From the IMG/VR virus record IMGVR_UViG_3300028840_006004, positions 1 to 64,000 of that record: 64,000 bases of DNA; one strand, 5' to 3'. Below the pieces are notes generated by a model. That model worked only from the letters and a program-made list of their open reading frames with translations, did not search any database and was not told the DNA's origin. The DNA comes from a virus. A program made the position numbers and the translations under genes. This document shows, in pieces, positions 7,513-15,800 of the stretch. How positions within the stretch are numbered: position 1 is the first letter of the stretch; each line of letters starts with the position of its first letter.

Positions 7513-8958
7513 ATGATTTGGAATGATATGTTCGCTGGTGGCGGCGGTACAAGCCACGGATTACATAATGTGAAAGGAGTACAAGTTGCTGCAGCTTTGA
7601 ATCATTGGAAAAATGCAGTTAATACTCATAAAATAAATTTTCGTGATACAAAACATTTTTGGGCAGATGTTTACGATACAGATGAACATATTCTCCCTAA
7701 GTGTGATGGTTTTTGGGCATCAATAGATTGTACTGATCATTCTAATGCTAAAGGAGGTCAGCCTAAAAATGCTGGATCTTATATGTTGGCTGATGAATTA
7801 CCACGTTTTATCAAATACAGCAATCCTGCTTATATTGTAATTGAAAATGTAAGAGAGTTTCTTAAATGGGGACCACTCAAAAACGGTAAAAGAACTAAAG
7901 CGACCGAAGGGCAATATTATCTAAGATGGGTAGAAAAAATTAAAGCTTTAGGATATCCTAATTATGAATATTCATTATTGAATGTTGCTGATTATGGTGA
8001 ACGTACATCAAGAACCAGGTTGATTATTGTCTTTTCAAAAACAGGATATGATATTACATGGCCACAGCCTACACATAATAAGAATGGAACTGATGGTCTG
8101 AAACGCTGGAATGGTTGTCGTGAAAAGATCGACCTGTCAAATGAAGGTCACTCTATCTTTGGAAGAAAGTACAATACAAAGCTTGCAAAGCATGTTAGAA
8201 GAGAAGTTTCTCCTAACACAAAAAGAAGAATTGTGGGAGGCATATTCAAATATCATCCTGAATTTGCTCAATTCTTAATGAGCTACTACAGCTCTGGGCA
8301 AAATGTAACATCATTAGAAGAACCATGCCCGGTAATCACAACCAAAGATCGTCACGCACTGGTTACGCTTCAGGTAGAAAAAGAGAAAATGCAATTTGTT
8401 ACAGATTATATATGGGGTGTACAATTACAACACCTCGATGATCCAATGAAAGTTATCACCACAAGAGAAAGCAAACATTTTATTACACTATATTATGGTA
8501 GAGATGACGCGATATCAGACTTGGAAGATCCTCTCCAGGTTATACCAACAGAGAATCGACATGCCCTTACAACGCTCAAGAAAGAAATTGAACAGGAGAA
8601 AAAGCAATTTATCTCAAATTTCTTCTCCGGGAATGGAAATCCTGAAGCACAGAATTCATCTCTTGAAGATCCTTTAGGCGCATTGACCACTATTAATAAA
8701 CGAGCATTAGCTACTTTATCTCAGAATGGAACTTTTGATATTAAGATGAGATTTCTGGATCATAAAGAACTGGCAGCAATAACCGGTTTTCCTGATGAAC
8801 ACAAATGGTTTGGCAGTAAGAAGGATATAATCAGGATGATCGGTAATGCTGTTCCTCCTAAACTTTCAGAAATAGTAGCTACAGAATGTAAAAAGAACTT
8901 TGATAAATACAAGCTAAAGAAGTATGAAAACAAGATTGGGAATATATCTACAAAGTAA
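7513..8958 (+). CDS. C5 cytosine DNA methyltransferase
   Basis: Motif I DMFAGGGG, motif IV variant SIDCTDHS, motif VI IENV, motif VIII TSRTRL, motif X GNAVPPKL; repetitive variable region. Confidence 0.92.
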   Translation: MIWNDMFAGGGGTSHGLHNVKGVQVAAALNHWKNAVNTHKINFRDTKHFWADVYDTDEHILPKCDGFWASIDCTDHSNAKGGQPKNAGSYMLADELPRFIKYSNPAYIVIENVREFLKWGPLKNGKRTKATEGQYYLRWVEKIKALGYPNYEYSLLNVADYGERTSRTRLIIVFSKTGYDITWPQPTHNKNGTDGLKRWNGCREKIDLSNEGHSIFGRKYNTKLAKHVRREVSPNTKRRIVGGIFKYHPEFAQFLMSYYSSGQNVTSLEEPCPVITTKDRHALVTLQVEKEKMQFVTDYIWGVQLQHLDDPMKVITTRESKHFITLYYGRDDAISDLEDPLQVIPTENRHALTTLKKEIEQEKKQFISNFFSGNGNPEAQNSSLEDPLGALTTINKRALATLSQNGTFDIKMRFLDHKELAAITGFPDEHKWFGSKKDIIRMIGNAVPPKLSEIVATECKKNFDKYKLKKYENKIGNISTK

Positions 8959-9949
8959 ACGAGAACAACTACAATTATCACGCTCGGAATTTGTTCTCCA
9001 GATGCCGAAAGAAACACGCATCACTTCATCTACGCTTGGACAAATTGAGAGAGGTAAAATAAAAACTCCTCCAAAAAAGCGATTGCAAGGATTTGCCAAA
9101 GTTCTGGGTGTAAAACTTGAAACATTACAGAAATTACTCATAGTAACATCGGTAGTGCTTACAGTAAATTCATTATTTCCAAGAGAAATTTCAGCTATTA
9201 AGACTATTCGTCAATACGAACCTATCGAAGGATATCACGTTGCTTTCTCAGGAGGTAAAGATTCTATTGTTGTTTTAGATCTCGTTAAAAAAGCACAAGT
9301 TCGATATCGTGCTTATATGAGTTTAACTACTGTAGATCCACCAGACCTGATACATTTCATAAAAGAACACTATCCGGAAGTTAATTTCCTGAAGCCAAAG
9401 ACATCAATGTTCAAGCTGATCATTGAAAAGCATTCATTACCTACCAGAATTGGCAGGTATTGTTGTGGGCCATTGAAAGAATATGCCGGGAAAGGTGAAT
9501 TTACTATTACTGGTATTAGAGCTGAAGAAAGTTCAAAACGTAGTAAACGTAAAATGTTCGAGGAAGATACACGTCCTGGTATGAAAGGAAAAATGTATCT
9601 AAATCCAATCATTAACTGGACTACATTAGATGTGTGGGACCATATTGATCATTATAATTTACGGTTCCCGATAGCGTATGAGGAAGGTATGAATAGAATT
9701 GGCTGCATAGGCTGTCCTTTAGCCACTCCTATTACAAGAAGAAAAGAGCTGGAAAAATATCCCAGATTCAAAAAAATGTATTTAAAAGCGATCAGAATCG
9801 CTATGTCAGAGAAAAAACAAAATGGAGAATCCTATGCTCTTTCAGTTCATTTTAAGGATGAATATGAGGCTTTGGACTGGTGGCTCTCAAATTTAAGTAT
9901 TAAAGACTGGAAAAATAATAAATCAGTTAAACAATTAAAATTGTGGTAA
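8924..9949 (+). CDS. XRE-HTH fused to a PAPS-reductase-family (PP-loop) domain
   Basis: N-terminal HTH (TLGQIERG...FAKVLGV), then AFSGGKDS, RYCCGPLKE, GIRAEES and RIGCIGCP. Confidence 0.88.
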   Translation: MKTRLGIYLQSKREQLQLSRSEFVLQMPKETRITSSTLGQIERGKIKTPPKKRLQGFAKVLGVKLETLQKLLIVTSVVLTVNSLFPREISAIKTIRQYEPIEGYHVAFSGGKDSIVVLDLVKKAQVRYRAYMSLTTVDPPDLIHFIKEHYPEVNFLKPKTSMFKLIIEKHSLPTRIGRYCCGPLKEYAGKGEFTITGIRAEESSKRSKRKMFEEDTRPGMKGKMYLNPIINWTTLDVWDHIDHYNLRFPIAYEEGMNRIGCIGCPLATPITRRKELEKYPRFKKMYLKAIRIAMSEKKQNGESYALSVHFKDEYEALDWWLSNLSIKDWKNNKSVKQLKLW

Positions 9950-9963
9950 GAAAGGAAATTAAA

Positions 9964-10146
9964 ATGTACAAAATTTATAACAACGTAGAAGATAAGATTG
10001 TTTTCAATGGCAACGAAAGAGAATTTATTGAATTTATGAATACTATCAGAGATGAAAATGGTGATGTTGATTACAGTATTCTTGGAGTAAGTGATGCTAT
10101 TGAGTATGTGGAAGATTATTGTGGGAACTTAGACTTGATAAGTTAA
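9964..10146 (+). CDS. hypothetical protein
   Basis: Acidic 60-aa ORF starting at ATG 9964. Confidence 0.65.
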   Translation: MYKIYNNVEDKIVFNGNEREFIEFMNTIRDENGDVDYSILGVSDAIEYVEDYCGNLDLIS

Positions 10147-10193
10147 TTGCATATAACTCCAGGATAACAGGAACTTTATTAAACTATAAAACT

Positions 10194-10676
10194 ATGAATA
10201 AAGCAAAAGCAGAACATGATATTAAATTATTAAATGAAATAATTGGTGAGATTGGGGGAGTTGAATTATTAGCACTTAATGAAACAGAGCAAGATAAAAT
10301 AAGGTTGGTAATGATGGAGTATGCTAATATTTGTACTTCTGTTGAAAATAGACTTACCGACTTCGCCAACAACCAACCAAAGATAGTTGTAGGTCGAAGC
10401 GAAGTATTAACCGCATTTAACGAATGGATTGATGAGAACCACCATAGTTTCAAAATTCCTGATATGATTTTACAAGATTACATACGCTATGGTGAAGTTA
10501 TTTGTGATAACGACCAATACCAACCAAAGGAAGTTGAAGTTGATTGGGATAACAAAATAGATAATGCTCTAAGTGAATTTGAAAATAAGCACAGTTTACC
10601 TATAATTGATGTGGACAGAAAGAAACTAATTCAAATAATCAAACAACACTTAAAAAAATGGGATTCGCAGAATTAG
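10194..10676 (+). CDS. hypothetical mosaic protein
   Basis: ATG 10194 follows an A-rich leader; contains NQPKIVVGRSE and YQPKEVEVDW. Confidence 0.75.
   Translation: MNKAKAEHDIKLLNEIIGEIGGVELLALNETEQDKIRLVMMEYANICTSVENRLTDFANNQPKIVVGRSEVLTAFNEWIDENHHSFKIPDMILQDYIRYGEVICDNDQYQPKEVEVDWDNKIDNALSEFENKHSLPIIDVDRKKLIQIIKQHLKKWDSQN
10518..10549 (+). repeat. 32-bp direct repeat, copy 2
   Basis: Identical to 7350-7381; a degenerate third copy lies at 10372-10396. Confidence 0.95.
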
Positions 10677-10942
10677 CAGACCAGCGTTATGATGAATATC
10701 GTGACCGGTTATACGATGCTATTGACAAAATGAGAATGGATTTTGATAGCGAAAGCATTACTATCTATCTTGACAATGGTGAAGAAGAACCTACAATATT
10801 GTTTTATTGGCACACTGAAGAACTACTCGAAGATGAAGGTAGTGAACCAGAAGCAAGTGTATTTTTAGCAATGATGAATGCAGTACATTTGTTTCATACA
10901 GATAAAAAACAATTACTTAAGCTCAGTACTTATGTCATTTGA
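10658..10942 (+). CDS. acidic hypothetical protein
   Basis: 94-aa ORF. Confidence 0.7.
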   Translation: MGFAELADQRYDEYRDRLYDAIDKMRMDFDSESITIYLDNGEEEPTILFYWHTEELLEDEGSEPEASVFLAMMNAVHLFHTDKKQLLKLSTYVI

Positions 10943-11255
10943 AGAATTGTTGAAAGAACAACTCAGCGGAGATATTATTAAAATTCTTAATGATGAATTC
11001 GCTATCGGTAACTATGCCATTGAAGGCAAACCCAAAGCGAGATCAGGCGCTTATGTATTTGCAAGGATTGGTGACAAATTAGGGCAATTTTGTGTTGTAT
11101 CTCCTAATTTCATATATTACAAACACTGGTTCAAGCTTCATAATATAGCTAATCTACCAGATGTTGATATCTACAAAAATGATTTACGTGAATGGCGTGA
11201 TAGAAACATACGTTTTATGAATTTAATAGCAAAAAATGAGAATTTTAGCAATTGA
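10932..11255 (+). CDS. hypothetical protein
   Basis: ATG 10932 overlaps the end of the previous gene. Confidence 0.7.
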   Translation: MSFEELLKEQLSGDIIKILNDEFAIGNYAIEGKPKARSGAYVFARIGDKLGQFCVVSPNFIYYKHWFKLHNIANLPDVDIYKNDLREWRDRNIRFMNLIAKNENFSN

Positions 11256-11679
11256 TCCAGCTACTAAATGTGGCTGGTCCATGGGAGAAGGCCTCTATGG
11301 AACCTGGGATCTCCAGACCAGAAAAGATGAAAGCTGGGGAATGAAATTGATTCGTTTCAATAAGAAATTGGAAGAAACCTACTCATCAATGTACTTTGAT
11401 ATGATTGTTTACGAAAGACCTGCAGGTAGAAATGCTCAGGCTATTATTACACAATCGAAAATTATCTCTCAGTTAGAGGTATTCTGCGAAGAACGCGAAA
11501 TCGAGTACCGGGCATACTCAGCTGGTGAAATCAAAAAGTTTGCTACCGGCAAAGGCAATAGCAATAAACAGGCTATGTTGGATGCAGCAAAGAAAAAGTA
11601 TGGCTATGAAGGTAACGATGATAATGAAGCTGATGCCATGCACCTGTATTACTTAGCAATGAGAGATTATGGGGAGTAG
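11236..11679 (+). CDS. RuvC-like Holliday junction resolvase
   Basis: MRILAIDP, VYERP, EIKKFATGKGNSNK, DDNEADA. Confidence 0.88.
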   Translation: MRILAIDPATKCGWSMGEGLYGTWDLQTRKDESWGMKLIRFNKKLEETYSSMYFDMIVYERPAGRNAQAIITQSKIISQLEVFCEEREIEYRAYSAGEIKKFATGKGNSNKQAMLDAAKKKYGYEGNDDNEADAMHLYYLAMRDYGE

Positions 11680-11863
11680 AAAATTGTATTATGAATGGTG
11701 GGCCGTTGATAAAGATGGCGTAAAGCATGCTGGTTATGTCGAAACCAAAAGTAATCGATATAATAAAGTACTGAAACAGCTTCAGGGAATTGTTGAATTT
11801 AACATCGATGAAGCAAAAGACTTCGGAATTCGCAAGATCAATAACCCACGTCCAGGAATGTAA
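11669..11863 (+). CDS. hypothetical protein
   Basis: 64-aa ORF. Confidence 0.65.
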   Translation: MGSRKLYYEWWAVDKDGVKHAGYVETKSNRYNKVLKQLQGIVEFNIDEAKDFGIRKINNPRPGM

Positions 11864-11865
11864 TT

Positions 11866-12453
11866 ATGGATAAATGTAGCGTAGAAGGTTGCTATCGAAA
11901 TATAGTAAACCAGACACATAAATTGTGTCAAGTTCACAATAAACAGCGACTTGAAGAAAGAAAGCTAAAATTGGTGGCTGAGGGACGTATGGAACTTCCT
12001 CCTGAACGATCTAAGAAAAAGAGTACGAATGGTCGCAGGCAGAAGAAGATCGCTCCTATGAGTGCTAAACGTGTCGAGGAGAATAAAAAATATAAGGAAA
12101 CTCGTGAGAAGAAGAGAGATTGGCAAAAGAAGAACGGATATTACAATTGTGTGTTTTGTAACAGCAGGTTGATTGATACAGATGATGAGGTTGCAGACTG
12201 TCATCACATGGTTGGCAGGGATGGGGATAACCTGGCGAAGTGGGCTAATCTTTTCTTCTCTCATCGAGATTGCCATACAAATTATCACGCTTGGAATATT
12301 GAACAGCTTATGGGTACATCTTGGTATTTGAAATTTGTTGATCGGTTGAAAACTTTTCACCGGGAAGGCTATAATCAGGAATTACGTAGGATGAACAAAG
12401 CAGGAGTGATCGATGATGATCAATATTTAAAGATGTATAGGCCTGAAAAATAA
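11866..12453 (+). CDS. HNH-type (His-Me finger) nuclease-like protein with N-terminal zinc finger
   Basis: CSVEGC...LCQVH; CVFC...DCHHMVGR...NLFFSHRDCHTNYH. Confidence 0.7.
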   Translation: MDKCSVEGCYRNIVNQTHKLCQVHNKQRLEERKLKLVAEGRMELPPERSKKKSTNGRRQKKIAPMSAKRVEENKKYKETREKKRDWQKKNGYYNCVFCNSRLIDTDDEVADCHHMVGRDGDNLAKWANLFFSHRDCHTNYHAWNIEQLMGTSWYLKFVDRLKTFHREGYNQELRRMNKAGVIDDDQYLKMYRPEK

Positions 12454-12478
12454 GTATCTTGCAGTAAATTTCAGAAAA

Positions 12479-13063
12479 ATGGGAAAATCACTCGAACAAA
12501 GAATTGCGCTTTTGGAAAGAAGACTTGCGGGAACCAGAACGCAAGGAGAAATAGGTCAATTCAATTTTAAAAAGATTACTGCTGCGGAAATTATCGCGGG
12601 AACAGAAGAGCGAAAAAGAAGCTTTTCTCCAAAAGATGTAGCTGATATGGCTCTTGCACATGGACCGGCACCAGCTACTTTAGAATATATGGTTCCTATA
12701 TGGGCTGAAGAAAATTCTAATCTTAATGATAACACTTATGAATGGGCATTTGGTAATGGAGCAAATACACCAACAAATGCAGGTATTACTATTTATGTTC
12801 CGTCTGGATGGGCTTGTACAATAGTAGCAATGACAGCAACAACCAATGTAGCTACCGGTACAAGTATCATTGAGGCTGATATTAACGGAGTTCTGCAAGG
12901 AGCAAATTGTAATGTCCAGCTTTCAGGCAGAAGTGGTGTGAATGATAGCTTTACTCCAGTTGCCATATCAAGTGGTGACAGACTGACTTTTAGAACAACG
13001 GCTGCAGGAAACAACGCTACACCAAATACTGTGACAGCCTGGTTACGATACGTAAAAACTTAA
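12479..13063 (+). CDS. virion/fibre-like protein
   Basis: ITAAEIIAGTEERKRSFSPKDV resembles the fibre motif IATQVETDAGVDDTRIVTPLKL in 14587..15789; Thr/Gly/Asn-rich beta C-terminus. Confidence 0.5.
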   Translation: MGKSLEQRIALLERRLAGTRTQGEIGQFNFKKITAAEIIAGTEERKRSFSPKDVADMALAHGPAPATLEYMVPIWAEENSNLNDNTYEWAFGNGANTPTNAGITIYVPSGWACTIVAMTATTNVATGTSIIEADINGVLQGANCNVQLSGRSGVNDSFTPVAISSGDRLTFRTTAAGNNATPNTVTAWLRYVKT

Positions 13064-13068
13064 AAATT

Positions 13069-13323
13069 ATGAGTTATAAACTTTGGGATTATCTTGTAGA
13101 GCAACATGATCTAACTTTGTTAGATAGTGAACTTGCCGAAATTGTACATCATGTTCATAAGGAACATGGTTACGATGAATTAAAAGAAGCTGTAAAAGAA
13201 ATGCGAGATGCTCAAAAAAGGTTTTTCAATGTGAAAACAGATGAGCGTAGAAAAGAATTGCTTATACTTTCTAAAAAATTGGAGGCTCGTGTAGACGAGC
13301 TGATTAGTGATAAATTGTTTTAA
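13069..13323 (+). CDS. hypothetical protein
   Basis: 84 aa; last plus-strand gene. Confidence 0.7.
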   Translation: MSYKLWDYLVEQHDLTLLDSELAEIVHHVHKEHGYDELKEAVKEMRDAQKRFFNVKTDERRKELLILSKKLEARVDELISDKLF

Positions 13324-13330
13324 TAAATGG

Positions 13331-13357
13331 AAAAAGGCCCGCGAGGGCCTTTTTTTT
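13331..13357. terminator. bidirectional Rho-independent terminator
   Basis: aaaaaggccc-gcga-gggcctttttttt between convergent gene arms. Confidence 0.9.
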
Positions 13358-13375
13358 ACTCTAAAAATTTTTGCA

Positions 13376-14575
13376 TTAGGCTGAAGAAAGAACTATCCAG
13401 TAATACGTACCATTTATATTGATACACCTGAATTTCCTTACTCTTCCATTATTAGTAGATGTCAATGTTGCTTGAGCTCCACCACTCCAGAATGGGTTTC
13501 CTGGACCCTGAAGCGTAATAACTTCTGAATTTATTGAGATCGAAATAGTTTCAAGTTCTCTTCCTTCATAAGCTACAGCTGGAGCAGGAAATGTAATTGA
13601 ATACGGATTTGTGTCATCTACATAAAGAACAATTGTATGATCAAATCCAGAAGCATCAACTACAACATTTGCATTCGATACATTTCTGGTTCTTTTTGCG
13701 ACACCTCCATTTACATAGAAATCAGCCTGAGCATGATCATCTGCATACGTTGAAGGATTAACCACAACACATCCTGTTCCTGATATATGCATCTGGGTAG
13801 TAGGACTAAGAGCGCTATTAATTGTTGAGAAGAACTCAACTACTGTTCCTGTACCAAGAGGTATCAAAGGATCATGTGTTTGAGTCGCAACAAGCCTCAT
13901 ACCACCACTGCTGGAAGTAGAATCACCAGCAATATATCCACTCATACCATATTGTGCAATTACATTACCAGGAGCAATAGAAGCTCCTAATGTATCGTAA
14001 GGCCTTAAAGCATGATACATTGGAATAGCGATTGTAGATCCTTCAAGTCTGAAAACATTGGTTCCTGTAAAGTATTTAAGTGTGGCTTGAGCTTCAAGAT
14101 TAGCTACCGCAGTTGCGCCTGAAAGCACAAGTCTTGCTATACCAGGATTATTAATACCAAGCCCACCACCTGCAGCTGCAATACTGGTAGGTTCCCATTT
14201 ACCGGTACCCGTATTATAAACCAAAGCTTGTCCATTGGTAGGAGGAGCCGGATAACTTACATCAGCAATATCTACAAGGTCTAAGTCAATTACTCCAGGT
14301 ATCCATTTTGCTGAGGATGAGCTCCAGATCATGTATTGCTTATCAGTTCCGGCGACAAATCCAGTAAAATCTGTATCTGTCAAAAGTTGTAATGTATCTG
14401 TTGCTAATGAACGATACGAAGTCCCATTATATACATAAGGAACTTTATCTGCTGTGTTATAATATAACTGACCTTCTACCGGTGTACCTATCGGTGTAGC
14501 ACTTGTATGAATTACAGCATTCTTTAATTCAAGCTTTTGAAGATCTATATTATTATGAAATTTTTTATCTGGCAT
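13376..14575 (-). CDS. tail fibre/receptor-binding protein
   Basis: EGQLYYNTADK...YNG and NGQALVYNTGTGKWEP fibre motifs; N-terminus paralogous to 14587..15789. Confidence 0.75.
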   Translation of the reverse strand: MPDKKFHNNIDLQKLELKNAVIHTSATPIGTPVEGQLYYNTADKVPYVYNGTSYRSLATDTLQLLTDTDFTGFVAGTDKQYMIWSSSSAKWIPGVIDLDLVDIADVSYPAPPTNGQALVYNTGTGKWEPTSIAAAGGGLGINNPGIARLVLSGATAVANLEAQATLKYFTGTNVFRLEGSTIAIPMYHALRPYDTLGASIAPGNVIAQYGMSGYIAGDSTSSSGGMRLVATQTHDPLIPLGTGTVVEFFSTINSALSPTTQMHISGTGCVVVNPSTYADDHAQADFYVNGGVAKRTRNVSNANVVVDASGFDHTIVLYVDDTNPYSITFPAPAVAYEGRELETISISINSEVITLQGPGNPFWSGGAQATLTSTNNGRVRKFRCININGTYYWIVLSSA

Positions 14576-14586
14576 TTTTCAAATTT

Positions 14587-15789
14587 TTAAGGGGTTAAGT
14601 CTTCGCCAAGCACTGTTACTGTCCATGCACCAGGAGATGCATCAACATCAGCTTGAACTGTATTGGCTGTTCGTGTAAATACTGCATCGATACTCTCACC
14701 TGTCGAGTTAAGATATGCGCCTACCTGGACATTGAGATTGTTGAAATTGTGAGTGACAGTAATTGTTGTACCTGCACCAGTGTTATTTGCCTCTTTGATT
14801 ACAGCTCGAACTGAATCAAGATAAGTTTTTAACTTCAATGGAGTAACAATACGTGTGTCATCTACACCAGCATCAGTTTCAACCTGTGTTGCTATTTCAG
14901 CAATACCTTGAACTGTTTCTGTGGCTGAGAGTACGGTAGCAGCTGCAATAATTGTCCAATTGGTTTCAGTCTGAGTTGCTGCTGCGTCTGCAGTTAGATC
15001 CAGGTTAGCAATGATTAAATCGTTTGGATTAACTGCTATGAGTGAAGCTCCAACCGTGCCGGCAGTTGTTACAACAAATTGATCGCCTTTTAAAATATCT
15101 TCAGATCCACCAAGAGCCTCTGGTGTATCGTATGATAAAGGCAAGTCATTTGTACCCGCCGCGCTTGTAGGATCAAATGGCACTTGCGGCCGAATCGCAG
15201 ATGGTATCATGTTATCCACATACCGCTTGATCGCATATTGCGAAGCTACTTTAAGATCAGATGGCGCACCTCCACCCAGGGTAGGATCTGTATCCAAATC
15301 TGATTGTTTTAATTCAAGGTGAGGGCGATTAGATGCCGGAGATCCTGAACCCATGTGAGCATATAAATATGCATCCAAAGCATTTACCGCAAGAAAACTT
15401 GTTGTACCGGTAATAATATTATTTCCTCCAGCAATAGGATCGTGAGGTACATCCTGGTCTGAAGATATTACTGACAAACTATCAAGCTTTGCTTTATCTG
15501 CAGCTGACATTGCACCATTAGTAAGAGTTGTAGCGTTACCAATCCCAATAATATACTGACCTGGAGCAGATAACGCCATTGTTATTGGTAATATCGGAGA
15601 AAGGCTTTGAACAAGTCCCATATATTGCCAAGAACTACCATTATAAAACATCGGTTGTTTATCTACCGTGCTGTAACAAAATCTCCCTTCTCTTGGAGCA
15701 ACTGGTAAAGGAGAACCTAAATTCTCAAGCACCACGGTTTGAATTTCGTGACTTTGTAAGTCAATATCGTTTAAGAATTTCTTTGCCAT
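14587..15789 (-). CDS. tail fibre protein
   Basis: ATTLTNGAMSAADKAKLD, ASQYAIKRYVD, ATETVQGIAEIATQVET and ITVTHNF motifs. Confidence 0.8.
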   Translation of the reverse strand: MAKKFLNDIDLQSHEIQTVVLENLGSPLPVAPREGRFCYSTVDKQPMFYNGSSWQYMGLVQSLSPILPITMALSAPGQYIIGIGNATTLTNGAMSAADKAKLDSLSVISSDQDVPHDPIAGGNNIITGTTSFLAVNALDAYLYAHMGSGSPASNRPHLELKQSDLDTDPTLGGGAPSDLKVASQYAIKRYVDNMIPSAIRPQVPFDPTSAAGTNDLPLSYDTPEALGGSEDILKGDQFVVTTAGTVGASLIAVNPNDLIIANLDLTADAAATQTETNWTIIAAATVLSATETVQGIAEIATQVETDAGVDDTRIVTPLKLKTYLDSVRAVIKEANNTGAGTTITVTHNFNNLNVQVGAYLNSTGESIDAVFTRTANTVQADVDASPGAWTVTVLGEDLTP

Positions 15790-15800
15790 GATAATTTATT

